Below are positions 28,588-38,215 of a DNA stretch of 64,000 nucleotides, one piece after another; the stretch's first letter is position 1; every line of letters begins with the position of its first letter. The DNA comes from Candidatus Sungiibacteriota bacterium. GTDB taxonomy: Bacteria; Patescibacteriota; Minisyncoccia; Sungbacterales; HO2-52-23. Location of the stretch: positions 57,233 through 121,232 of the forward strand of contig CP066690.1 of assembly GCA_016432465.1 (NCBI GenBank), read 5' to 3'. The position numbers and the translations under genes are program-made. The notes under the pieces were generated by a model, which worked only from the letters and a program-made list of their open reading frames with translations, was not told the DNA's origin and did not search any database.

Positions 28588-29268
28588 TTACTGCCTTCTT
28601 AATTCGCTTCTTACGCGGTCAATCCAGCCGGCAGCGGCCTCTTTACCGCCAAGGCCAAAAGAAAGGCCAAAAGCCAAAGCAAGAGCTGCAATAAGACCTG
28701 TAATAAGCGTCTGGACAAGGGCAGTGGCAATGCCAAGCTGTAGTAGTACGGCAATAAAAGCAAACACCCAAATTGCCCAGCGCGCTACTATTCCTACCAG
28801 TCCACCGTGATAGCCAGCTGCCTCAACTGAACCACGCACCAGCCGCTCTACGGCTTGAGCTACTATAGCGGCAATAATAAGAACTAATGCTGCCACTACG
28901 ACGTTGGGGATGTAAAGAAGGACACTCGTCAAAAATGCAGATACCTGACCCAAACCAAGTATATTTACCGAGGCCAGAAGAAAAACCACAATCAAGAACC
29001 ATCTCACCAATCCTCCAATAAATGCGCCGGTGTTGAGACGGAATCCGCCTCGTTCCAGGGTTCGTTCAAAATCAAGTTTAACCAGCAAAGCGTCAATTCG
29101 TAGCGCTCTTATTATGTGCTCCACCAACTTCCCCAATGCTACGGCTATGATCCAGCCTATTATAAAGACGATTATCGCGCCTATAAGAAGCGGAAGAAAT
29201 CCTATTACCGAAGCCCATACCTCTTGCAGGGAAGCCACTATTACATCTCCCCAGGTTTGTAGTACCAT
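28588..29268 (-). CDS. membrane protein with repeated conserved TM-helix motifs (MscS-associated TM_helix-like)
   Basis: 226-aa, two similar halves each with 2 TM helices. Confidence 0.4.
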   Translation of the reverse strand: MVLQTWGDVIVASLQEVWASVIGFLPLLIGAIIVFIIGWIIAVALGKLVEHIIRALRIDALLVKLDFERTLERGGFRLNTGAFIGGLVRWFLIVVFLLASVNILGLGQVSAFLTSVLLYIPNVVVAALVLIIAAIVAQAVERLVRGSVEAAGYHGGLVGIVARWAIWVFAFIAVLLQLGIATALVQTLITGLIAALALAFGLSFGLGGKEAAAGWIDRVRSELRRQ

Positions 29269-29460
29269 AATTTATAAGTTAACGTCTAAATTCTTATTTA
29301 ATAATCACGAAACCTAAATAGTCCTTTTGTCCCGTTTCTGGCGGGACGAAAAGTTATTGTGCACAATAACTTTTAACTATCGACCTTTGCCTTTTTTACT
29401 ATTTATAATTATAGTATGAAGGTATTTCTATATAAACCTTAGTTATCCACAAGGCTCACC

Positions 29461-30036
29461 ATGCTAAGTTATACCGACCTAAAAAAAGGTGTTCTCTTTA
29501 CTCTTGAAGGAGAACCTTATAAAGTTATTGACTCAAGTTTTTCCCGCATGCAGCAGAGAAAACCAGTAGTACAGGTAAAACTCCGGAACCTGCGCTCCGG
29601 CAAAACTGTGGAACGAACCTTCCAGCCTTCGGATACCTTTGAGGAGGCCGAGGTTCAAAAACGCCCCATGACTTTTTTATACGCACATCGTGGGGATTAC
29701 GTTTTCTCCGACGACGCAGACCCCAAAAACCGCCTTACTTTAAAAGAGGCGGCTTTGGAAAACAAAACAAACTGGCTAAAACCAAATACGCGTCTAACGG
29801 CTTTATTTTTTAAAGATGAACTTACAAGTATTGAGCTTCCTATAAAAATGGACTTCAGGGTTATTGAGGCCCCGCCCGGAGTGCAGGGAGATCGCGCCCA
29901 GTCAGGAACCAAAACAGTCACCATAGAAACCGGGATTGTGATTCAGGTCCCGTTATTCGTAAATGCGGGGGATACCGTCAGAGTCAATACAGAAACTGGT
30001 GAATATGTAGAAAGAGTACAAAAAGCTCCGGCCTAA
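29461..30036 (+). CDS. efp: elongation factor P
   Basis: 191 aa, three-domain EF-P conservation (LKKGVLFTLEGEPYKVID..., KLRNLRSGKT...). Confidence 0.85.
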   Translation: MLSYTDLKKGVLFTLEGEPYKVIDSSFSRMQQRKPVVQVKLRNLRSGKTVERTFQPSDTFEEAEVQKRPMTFLYAHRGDYVFSDDADPKNRLTLKEAALENKTNWLKPNTRLTALFFKDELTSIELPIKMDFRVIEAPPGVQGDRAQSGTKTVTIETGIVIQVPLFVNAGDTVRVNTETGEYVERVQKAPA

Positions 30037-30253
30037 ACGAACAACGGGACGGGCGCCACTTTTTACCCCGCCGGTGGAAAGGGTTGAAAAAGTCGGCTCA
30101 TGAACCGGCTTCAGAAAAAATCTTTTGCCCTTCTGTTACCTGATAAAATAGGTTAAGAAAAAACTTTCTATCTTTTCTGGTCAAGGGCAACCCAGAGCTT
30201 GACATTAAAATCTAAATGTTTTAAACTAAGTTAAACCGCCTTGGAGGGGACAA

Positions 30254-30802
30254 GTGGTGAGACCGCAAGTCCGAACCAGCATCTGGGAGTCCTTTTTATA
30301 TGTTGGCCTTAGCTTCGCAGCAGTTGTCATGGTTATTTATCTTCAGACGCTTATTGAGCGCATACTCCAGGGTACAACAGTAGGAACTTTTCTTTACACA
30401 CAGGTAGGATATGGATTCCCTGTGCCGGAATTTTGGGAACGCATTGTAACTGCGCACAATGCAATTCAAAATACAGTTCTTTCGTTCCTAACAGGCTGGC
30501 TTCACGCCTCACTTTCCACTAATATGTTCCTCTTGGTTCGGGGAGTGGCCGTAAGTGCTTTGGTGGAAGAAGTGGAGTGGCGAGGAATTACGCGGCTATT
30601 CCAAGGTTCTTCAAAAAAGTTTTGGTGGTGGGTACTGGCCGCCATTTTACTGCTGGGATATACCCTAAGCTACTATACCGGCCCAATGAACTTATTGGTG
30701 GTACTAACGCTCGGGGCAGCCGCAACAATACTCGTAAAAGTAACAGGACGGCTTTGGACGGCCATCCTGCTACACATACTTATCAATATTAAAGGTTTCT
30801 AG
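30254..30802 (+). CDS. CPBP-family intramembrane metalloprotease (CAAX protease/Abi)
   Basis: EEVEWRG (EExxxR) motif and downstream HxxxN-like ILLHILIN block, 6 TM. Confidence 0.65.
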   Translation: MVRPQVRTSIWESFLYVGLSFAAVVMVIYLQTLIERILQGTTVGTFLYTQVGYGFPVPEFWERIVTAHNAIQNTVLSFLTGWLHASLSTNMFLLVRGVAVSALVEEVEWRGITRLFQGSSKKFWWWVLAAILLLGYTLSYYTGPMNLLVVLTLGAAATILVKVTGRLWTAILLHILINIKGF

Positions 30803-30891
30803 TCCCGCATCTTGCGGGGTTTTTCTTTCCTTACAGGAAACCCCGCGCGAAAGCGGCGTCATCCGTGGCTTTAGCCGCAGGAGCGCGGGGA

Positions 30892-32886
30892 TCAAAACTT
30901 GACGGTTTCCCCAGGCTTGATTACTCTTTTTTCCTTCTTGGTCTCTGTTTCCGATCCATTTTTTTCTTTTAAGGACTCTTCTAAAACTTTCCTCAATTCA
31001 GAAACGTTGGTTGCCGGATGCTGATTTCCGTTTTCTTTTCTGGCGCCTTCTCGTGGTTTTAATTCTGTTAGCGAGACCGGTCTTGCCCCCTGCGGCGTTT
31101 TGACTATGGGTTGAGAGCGAAGGCCGGGACGCGAGTGCGATGGTTTTATTTCTGAACGGGGTGGCACTGTCTGTTTTTGTTCTCTGCGTTCCGGAAAAGG
31201 ACGCCTAACTTCCGGGCTAAACACTCTGGGATAGCGTTCCTCCTCACGCGGTCTCGCGGCCGATACTGCCTTTTCTGCCGGCCGAGTTCCTGCTCCTGCC
31301 GTAGCGGCAAATTCAATCCCCAGCCCTCCCAAGGTTTGTGAAAAACGCGCCTTTCCAACCTGTGGCATACGTTCGGGCAGAGGCACCAGTTTCCCCTCCT
31401 CAATTTGTTTAAGACAAGTAAAACAATACACAGGCCTTCTGCCGTCTGGTTTAAAAGGCACCGCTGCTGTTTTCCCGCAGTTCCAACAAGTAGTCTCATA
31501 CTTCCCCTCCTCGCCGCTCCCTCCCCCACCCCCGTCATCGCCAACCATACCGCTCCACTGTGTGATTTTTTCCTCTACCTCCGGACGGGACCGGGCATAA
31601 CGCTCCCGGGAAACCTTAATAATTTTCTCTTTGACTGTCGGGTCGGTTTCAAACTGAATGGGCGGCAAAGTCACGGCAGAAAATGGCCGGGAGGTAACTC
31701 CATCCACCATGAGTTTTAGATAAATATTATAGTTGGGCAAACCAATAAGATCCTGCTGCATGAACTCCGGCATAAACTCCTTTTCCAGAAATTCAGCATC
31801 CGCCGCACCCACCCTAAAAGTAATCATGGTGCCCACATTGCCAAAAACAGCATCTCTAACTTTGGTGGACACGTCGGTTACCAACTGTCCCACATATTGA
31901 TGGGCGAGTATCAGGTTCAGGCGATATTTTCGGGCCTCAGAAAGAATGGCAGCAAAAGACTCCGTGGCAAAATTTTGAAACTCGTCAACATAAAGATAAT
32001 AGTCCAGGCGGTCTTCCTCCGGTATACGTACCCGCTCCATGGCGGCGAGCTGAATTTTAGTAATAATCATGGCGCCAAGGAGCTGAGAATTATCTTCCCC
32101 GATTTTGCCTTTGGAAACGTTCACCAACAATATCTTCCCCGTATTCATTATCTCCGGGATGTTAAGTGTGGATGTTGGCTGACCAACAATGTTACGGATA
32201 AATGAGGTATTTAAAAACTGCCCGACTTTATTCTGTATCGGGACAATGGCTTCATTACGAAACTGGTCGCGCCACGTCTCATACTCATGTATCCAAAAAG
32301 ACTTCACCACCGGGTCTTGGACTTTGGCGACAATTTTTTGGCGGTAGTCTTTATCTACCAGAATCCTTGGGATACCCAAAAGGGTTGTACCGGGCGTATC
32401 CAGAAGCGCCAAGATACAATTCTGGAGTATGTATTCCATACGGGCTGACCAGACGTTTGCCCAAATCTTGGTGAAAATTCCCAGAAGGTCCGAAACCACT
32501 AAATGTTTATATTTGGGGTCCGGAACTTCAAGCACGTTGAAACCAATAGGGAACTCCGAGTCCACCGGGTTGAAATAAATCACATCGTTGGTGCGCTCCG
32601 CAGGGATCTGAGCCAACACCTCTTCTACAAATTCACCGTGGGGATCAATAATGCCAATACCTCGTCCGGCCCTGATATCCTGAAGTGCGATATTCTTTAA
32701 AAGCGCTGTCTTGCCCACACCGGTCTTACCAATAACGTACATGTGCTGTCTTCGGTCATTGGTTTTAGTACCAAAAACTCTCTCATTTCCGCGAAAGTTA
32801 CATTTTCCGATGAAAGTTGTATCGTTAGCTTTACCTTTAACGGTCATAACTGTATTAATTATACCATAAATTTTAAGATACGGCAA
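30892..32886 (-). CDS. VirD4/TraG-like P-loop ATPase (AAA_10/T4CP-like) with C-terminal zinc ribbon and disordered tail
   Basis: Walker A GKTGVGKT, Walker B LYVDEF, ILAHQ...QL block; CWNCGK...PVYCFTCL zinc ribbon; paralog of adjacent gene. Confidence 0.5.
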   Translation of the reverse strand: MPYLKIYGIINTVMTVKGKANDTTFIGKCNFRGNERVFGTKTNDRRQHMYVIGKTGVGKTALLKNIALQDIRAGRGIGIIDPHGEFVEEVLAQIPAERTNDVIYFNPVDSEFPIGFNVLEVPDPKYKHLVVSDLLGIFTKIWANVWSARMEYILQNCILALLDTPGTTLLGIPRILVDKDYRQKIVAKVQDPVVKSFWIHEYETWRDQFRNEAIVPIQNKVGQFLNTSFIRNIVGQPTSTLNIPEIMNTGKILLVNVSKGKIGEDNSQLLGAMIITKIQLAAMERVRIPEEDRLDYYLYVDEFQNFATESFAAILSEARKYRLNLILAHQYVGQLVTDVSTKVRDAVFGNVGTMITFRVGAADAEFLEKEFMPEFMQQDLIGLPNYNIYLKLMVDGVTSRPFSAVTLPPIQFETDPTVKEKIIKVSRERYARSRPEVEEKITQWSGMVGDDGGGGGSGEEGKYETTCWNCGKTAAVPFKPDGRRPVYCFTCLKQIEEGKLVPLPERMPQVGKARFSQTLGGLGIEFAATAGAGTRPAEKAVSAARPREEERYPRVFSPEVRRPFPERREQKQTVPPRSEIKPSHSRPGLRSQPIVKTPQGARPVSLTELKPREGARKENGNQHPATNVSELRKVLEESLKEKNGSETETKKEKRVIKPGETVKF

Positions 32887-34317
32887 CTAAATAAGCGGCT
32901 CGGGGTGACTGCCAGTAATTTTATCTTCCTTGGGGAATGAGGTTTTGTGAAAAACCGTTGCTTCTTCCTCTGCCTTAATCAGGCGCCCTACCTCCTCAAC
33001 ATTTACCGCATATTTGCGGCGTGACGATAGTATAATCCTGTCTTTATACGAAGGGTGCGGGGAAGCAAGAACCCCCAAGGTCTCTGCCGAGAACGGATCA
33101 TAAGTCTCACCGTCTATCGTCTCTTTTATGTAGAACTCCTGCGTTCCTAAATTTATCATGTCTTTGGCCTTGAAAACCGGGGTCATCTCAACTTCTAATC
33201 TTGCGGCGTCGTCTCCGCCTACACGAAAGACTATCAGGGTCGCCACGTTGCCCAGAACAGTGGCCATAACGTCAGGGATTAGCTGCGCCGTAAATTGATG
33301 GGCCACGGTAAGATTAAGTCCGTATTTTCTTGCTTCAGCAAAAAGATTAATAAAAGAGGCCGTAACCAGATTATGAAACTCGTCAACATAGAGATAAAAA
33401 TCAATTCTTTTTTCTTCGGGTATTTCGGCCCGCGCCATACCGGCCTGCTTAATTTTGGTGATAAACATGGAACCAAAAAAACTGGAATTCTCCTCGCCCA
33501 ACTTACCCTTAGATAAGTTAATCAGGAGAATTTTTCTATTATTCATTATCCATTCAAAATCAATCTTATTTTCTTTTTGGGCAAAGATATTTCGGAGCAT
33601 GGGCATAGACAAAAACTGTCCAAGTTTATTAACCAGAGGGATGATGGCATCCGTATCAAACTTTTCAGACCAGTCGGCAAACTCCACCGCAAAGAAACGC
33701 TTAACCATATCATCCGTTATGTACTCAATTACTTTTTGGCGATAAGGCCGATCGGTAAGCATAGATATCATTCCCCGCATGGTGGCTTCGGGATAGTCAA
33801 GAAGGGCCAACGTGGTAAAACGAAACACATGCTCAAGGCGCGGCGTCCAGTTGGCGCCAAACTGTTTCTCCATTACCTCAATAAGTCCTTGCGCCATCTG
33901 GTGTTTCATCTCCGGCGGCACTTTTTGCAACGGATTAAAAGAAACCGGCCAGTCATGATCCGAAGGATCAACCAAAACCACATCATCAATCCGTTCCTCT
34001 GGAATAAACTTCAAAATTTCCTCAATCACGTCTCCGTGGGGATCAATAAAACAAAAGCCGTAACCATAAGCGATGTCCTGACGCACCAAAAGCTCCAGCA
34101 ATTTTGATTTCCCTACTCCGGACTTACCCACTATATACACATGGCGCCTGCGATCCTTACGTTTTACGCCAAAGATGTATTTCTTGGTCTCAAGCGGGGC
34201 TTCATAGTTGGTGCGGCCGACAAAAGAAACCGCTCGCGGATCCACCTGCTGATACACGGGCAGCTCCGGCGGCGGAGGCCCATATTTACTTATATGTATT
34301 CTTCCTTCCCGAGCCAT
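32887..34317 (-). CDS. VirD4/TraG-like P-loop ATPase (AAA_10/T4CP-like)
   Basis: Walker A GKSGVGKS, Walker B LYVDEF, TVAHQFTAQL; abuts downstream paralog with no gap. Confidence 0.5.
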   Translation of the reverse strand: MAREGRIHISKYGPPPPELPVYQQVDPRAVSFVGRTNYEAPLETKKYIFGVKRKDRRRHVYIVGKSGVGKSKLLELLVRQDIAYGYGFCFIDPHGDVIEEILKFIPEERIDDVVLVDPSDHDWPVSFNPLQKVPPEMKHQMAQGLIEVMEKQFGANWTPRLEHVFRFTTLALLDYPEATMRGMISMLTDRPYRQKVIEYITDDMVKRFFAVEFADWSEKFDTDAIIPLVNKLGQFLSMPMLRNIFAQKENKIDFEWIMNNRKILLINLSKGKLGEENSSFFGSMFITKIKQAGMARAEIPEEKRIDFYLYVDEFHNLVTASFINLFAEARKYGLNLTVAHQFTAQLIPDVMATVLGNVATLIVFRVGGDDAARLEVEMTPVFKAKDMINLGTQEFYIKETIDGETYDPFSAETLGVLASPHPSYKDRIILSSRRKYAVNVEEVGRLIKAEEEATVFHKTSFPKEDKITGSHPEPLI

Positions 34318-34403
34318 GCTGATGTTGTCTAAATTTATGAGCGAGAATAGATGCCGAGCGTAATAAATTTAGCTACAACATCGAGCACCCTCTCACTCGA
34401 AAA

Positions 34404-34775
34404 TCAACTGAATAAACTATGTTTCAGCCGACGTTTTAAACTAATGTAGGCCTTTGCTCTAAATTTAATCTGTGACTCCCGCTCACGAGCATCTTTCTCA
34501 GACCTGTAGGCCTCGTAATAAATACACTCCAAGGGTCTTCTATTTCTAGTGGAATACACCCTACCCTCATTATGCTCTTTTATTCGTTTACGTAAATCCC
34601 CAGTGTATCCAAAATATAAGTTTTTATCCTTCAGAGATTGCAAAGTGTAGAAATAAAACATAGTGATTTTCGAGTGAGAGGGTAAGGTTTTGTTACCAAA
34701 ATTTGTTCGTCCTACAGACTCCAAATTTTGGACAAAGCCCTTATTAAACAACCTCGCTTTGATAGCACTGCTCAT
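34404..34775 (-). CDS. GIY-YIG nuclease family protein
   Basis: LYFGYTGDLRKRIKEHNEG (GIY...YIG...R...H...E); true start probably internal Met (MFYFYTLQS...). Confidence 0.7.
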   Translation of the reverse strand: MSSAIKARLFNKGFVQNLESVGRTNFGNKTLPSHSKITMFYFYTLQSLKDKNLYFGYTGDLRKRIKEHNEGRVYSTRNRRPLECIYYEAYRSEKDARERESQIKFRAKAYISLKRRLKHSLFS

Positions 34776-35085
34776 CCCCCGCCAATTCCGTCTCCAACGT
34801 CATCGTAATACAGGCAACTTTCCGCGGCAGCGCCTAACGGCTTACCCCGTGATAAATCCAGATCACCAATAGAATTGGAGGGGGACTCCGCGTGCCTTTT
34901 ATTTATACGACTTCATTTTGGTAGCACGCTTCATCCCCCGCCAATTCCGTCCTAAATGCCACCAGAATTACAGACAACGTTCCGCGGCAGCGCCTCCGCC
35001 AAGTCAAACTTGGCTCCGGCTTACACTTATTTAACACTAGTATAACCTTGGAGTTGGAGTGGGATTTCGCATGTTCCTATTTTAT
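34775..35085. repeat. two to three tandem ~150-nt repeat units
   Basis: units begin ...gcacgcttcatcccccgccaattccgtc... and contain ttccgcggcagcgcct; last unit overlaps 3' end of 35082..36839. Confidence 0.6.
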
Positions 35086-36839
35086 ATCACCTCGTTATTG
35101 TAACATGCTTCACAATACACAATCTCCGGCCTTTCCGGAGCGTACGAAGTTTCAAACTCATTAGGGCAGTGGTTTGTGCCGTGGAAATGTGTAGTTTGAT
35201 TCTTGTATATCCCCTGATCGTCCTTGATGCCGGAACATTGACATTGACGGTTATAAAACCAAGGCTGGTTACGGTACTTTAGACGCGCTTGGTATCTGCA
35301 TTCAATACAGCGCCGGGGAAGGGGTAACGACATTTTTTTATAAAACTCCAATTCCATGGGTATGATGCGAAAAACCCCGCCACAATCTGCACAGCGTATA
35401 ATTTCCTGTACGATCGTATCCGAAACATCTTTGATCTTGTCCGGTAAACTTAGGGTCTCCACGGTAACTTTAAAATCTTTAATGCCCGGCTCTCTCCATA
35501 AATATCCCCGCTCTTTGGCTGATTTTTGGTCCAAAGGAAAGTAATCATACGCCAGTGTTTCGTTATAGGCAAAAGGTGAAAATTCTGGCGGGAAAAATTC
35601 TCCATACTTATAGACCAGCCCCCCCGAATCCGTATAAGGCATCTCGTTCATGTGTTTTATAATTTTTTCGCGGAGAGTTAGATAATCCTCGGGCGAGTAC
35701 TGTTTATTGAAAATACAGTGGGACTTTTTTCTTAGACCAACACAGCCAAAAAGATTAGAGGAGGAGTTACAAAACATAGAGTACTCAACGTTGTTGATCG
35801 ATGGCCAGCAAAGCCAGGCAAATTTAAGCCCTGCTACCTCCAGACCGACCTGTACGGACTCATACACAAGTTCACAGCCGCCCATGGCGGTTACATCATA
35901 CAAGTCGCGTGATTTCATAAAGTTATTCTGGCAGTTCTTGCTGTCTTCAAGTTCAAAGGCATTGAAACAAAGTTTGGCATTTTTGGAGTGGCTAATCTGA
36001 TCACCCGAAACACCAACGTTGCGCCAACCGTGCATAAATTTATGCGGCTGCAGTATCCAAAAATTATCCGCTTTTTTAGCAATATCCTGCAGTGATTTAT
36101 ATGATCCCGGTCCCAGTTTCTCAAGCTCTTGGAAATAAGTCTCTTGGGTGTAGGGTTTATTGAAAATATGATACTGTTTGTTCCGCAAATTTACACACCC
36201 CAGACAATAGGAACAGCCCACGCAGTCACGTGAAAACCAGACATCGCGGCACTCTTCGCAGTGAGTTGAAAAAAAAGTACGGTAGCATTTCTCAATAAAC
36301 AGGCTCTCAAAGCACAACTCCGAATCTTCCGCCTCGGTAACATCAAAACACTCTTTTATTTTATCGCCGCTTACAACGTAGGCGCAGTTTTCCAAAAATC
36401 CCGCGTCAAAACAGAGATAGCAGTTTTTTGCCCAACCGGTAAAGTTGCAGTAGTCCGAGTTTACAAGCTCCGTCACGTCGCGGCTGGGCCAAGGAACAAC
36501 ATACATAAGTTCCCGAAACTGTTTTAAAAAAGAACGCGAAAAATCGTAATCGCGTCCATACTCCATCGGGTCCCATTTGTCTCCCAACCAATAATCACGT
36601 TCATATACTCTGGCAAGAACCTGCGGGTGATAACCAGAAAAAACCTCTTTGCCGTAAGCGTCTTCTTTTCTTTTAAAGAGGTGGCGTTCGTTCGCAAAAA
36701 CCATACGCCTTACCATACGGCAGTTCGAACACCACGTGGGCGGAGGAACTTTTATCTTCTCGTAAAATACAAAGTCCTCGGGTTCAACGATGAACTCTTT
36801 TTTACAGTTTTGGCACTCTTTTATTTGACGCTCCATCAC
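35082..36839 (-). CDS. large Cys-rich protein with N- and C-terminal zinc-ribbon modules
   Basis: 585 aa; CQNCKKEFIVEPEDFVFYEKIKVPPPTWCSNCR and CADCGGVFRIIPMELEFYKKMSLPLPRRCIECR modules plus central Cys-rich repeats. Confidence 0.6.
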   Translation of the reverse strand: MMERQIKECQNCKKEFIVEPEDFVFYEKIKVPPPTWCSNCRMVRRMVFANERHLFKRKEDAYGKEVFSGYHPQVLARVYERDYWLGDKWDPMEYGRDYDFSRSFLKQFRELMYVVPWPSRDVTELVNSDYCNFTGWAKNCYLCFDAGFLENCAYVVSGDKIKECFDVTEAEDSELCFESLFIEKCYRTFFSTHCEECRDVWFSRDCVGCSYCLGCVNLRNKQYHIFNKPYTQETYFQELEKLGPGSYKSLQDIAKKADNFWILQPHKFMHGWRNVGVSGDQISHSKNAKLCFNAFELEDSKNCQNNFMKSRDLYDVTAMGGCELVYESVQVGLEVAGLKFAWLCWPSINNVEYSMFCNSSSNLFGCVGLRKKSHCIFNKQYSPEDYLTLREKIIKHMNEMPYTDSGGLVYKYGEFFPPEFSPFAYNETLAYDYFPLDQKSAKERGYLWREPGIKDFKVTVETLSLPDKIKDVSDTIVQEIIRCADCGGVFRIIPMELEFYKKMSLPLPRRCIECRYQARLKYRNQPWFYNRQCQCSGIKDDQGIYKNQTTHFHGTNHCPNEFETSYAPERPEIVYCEACYNNEVI

Positions 36840-38155
36840 TTAATCCCCGGCAACTTTTCTTCTCCCTCTCCATAAATAGAGAGGCCTGCTGGCGGGCCAA
36901 CCTTACGAGCTTCTACGTGTTTGATCAGTGGTCCGGTCAAAACCGCAACTGTGGGCGGATGAAAAATTGTGGCCAATTCTTCTGTATTGAGAACCATCTT
37001 CCCAACTTCCTGCGCTTTAATACCCCAATGGAATGCCTTGATGTTTTGTACTTTAGAGGTAAGGGGGGCTGCCGGATCCTCATACATCTTGCGCGCCCTG
37101 TAGGCGGCATAGATCCTTTCTTTTCTGGCCATAACCCGCTTTGCCGGAAAAATATGCGGCCAAAACCATATGTTAGCACGCGTCCAGGCTTTAACATTAT
37201 GTTTAAACCTGTTAAGGCTCTCGGAGGCATATTGATTTAAAGCAGAGTAAACTCCGCGCTGACCGAAGTTAGAATCAAAAACTTCCGCAGTGGCCATATA
37301 TAGATACCGGATTAGCGTTTCAAAGCCCGGCTTGGCAATGTTTCGTTCAATAGCCTTAAGAACTTCTAACTCACCGGGGGATCTTTCAATCATCACCAGT
37401 TTCCCGGCTGCGGTTTCAACTTGTGTACGACCAGTTTCTTCTTTGAGTTTTTTAATCAAATCCTCCCCCCTTTTTTTCCAACTATTGTCCGTAGGCCTGA
37501 TTAAAATCTGTAACCAGATAACTTCCTGTGGTTTTATTTTTGACAGAACCTCAAGGAGCGCCGAGATAGGATCAAGCTGTTTCTCTTCCTCCATGGTCTC
37601 AAACTCCAGATAAGTTTTTATCGGGTAGGCATCGGGTTTCTCAAGACGCAGCTCATTGCCAAAAAGTTTGTATCCGCTAGCCTCTAACTCTTTGTGGGTT
37701 GGCGGTAGCCTAGTCACGTAATCGTCGGAGAGTTGTGTAATCCCAATATCAGGATATTGAGAATAAAGGGCAGCCTCAATCATATTACGATGTTTTTCCG
37801 GAATCCTCATATAAAAATGAATTTCTCCGCCAAAACTTACTACTTCACAGGAAAACCAAAGGGTTATCTCGCCGTCCCACCAATGTTCTTTGAAACTGGA
37901 CCAAGCGTTATACAGGGCGTGAATCCCCATAAAAACTTGCTCCATGGCCTTGGGACTCCTCCGTACCTCTCTTGGAACCCTAAGTTCTATTATAGTCCAT
38001 TTAATCGCCAGTCTAAATTTCTCCTGCACGTAAGTCAGCCAAAGGGACCGGGTGAAGAAAAAAAGCGCAACAAAAAGCCAGAGCCACCAGAAAGAAAAGA
38101 CTCCGGCCTCAATTCGGAAAAGAATATCAACAATAGTCAAGGGATCAAAAATCAT
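36836..38155 (-). CDS. hypothetical membrane-anchored protein (439 aa)
   Basis: N-terminal TM helices; 4-nt overlap with downstream Cys-rich gene suggests coupling. Confidence 0.55.
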   Translation of the reverse strand: MIFDPLTIVDILFRIEAGVFSFWWLWLFVALFFFTRSLWLTYVQEKFRLAIKWTIIELRVPREVRRSPKAMEQVFMGIHALYNAWSSFKEHWWDGEITLWFSCEVVSFGGEIHFYMRIPEKHRNMIEAALYSQYPDIGITQLSDDYVTRLPPTHKELEASGYKLFGNELRLEKPDAYPIKTYLEFETMEEEKQLDPISALLEVLSKIKPQEVIWLQILIRPTDNSWKKRGEDLIKKLKEETGRTQVETAAGKLVMIERSPGELEVLKAIERNIAKPGFETLIRYLYMATAEVFDSNFGQRGVYSALNQYASESLNRFKHNVKAWTRANIWFWPHIFPAKRVMARKERIYAAYRARKMYEDPAAPLTSKVQNIKAFHWGIKAQEVGKMVLNTEELATIFHPPTVAVLTGPLIKHVEARKVGPPAGLSIYGEGEEKLPGIK

Positions 38156-38215
38156 CAGAGGTTTTTAGCTGTAATAAAAACTCGCGCCCAACTCCGAATC
38201 CTGCTCTCTTATATC

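Noticed and set aside
34775-35085. Possible CRISPR array (repeats near GIY-YIG) and the 39447/39628 repeat pair
   Set aside because: Units are ~150 nt or 80 nt, only 2-3 copies, irregular spacing, no cas genes; not CRISPR
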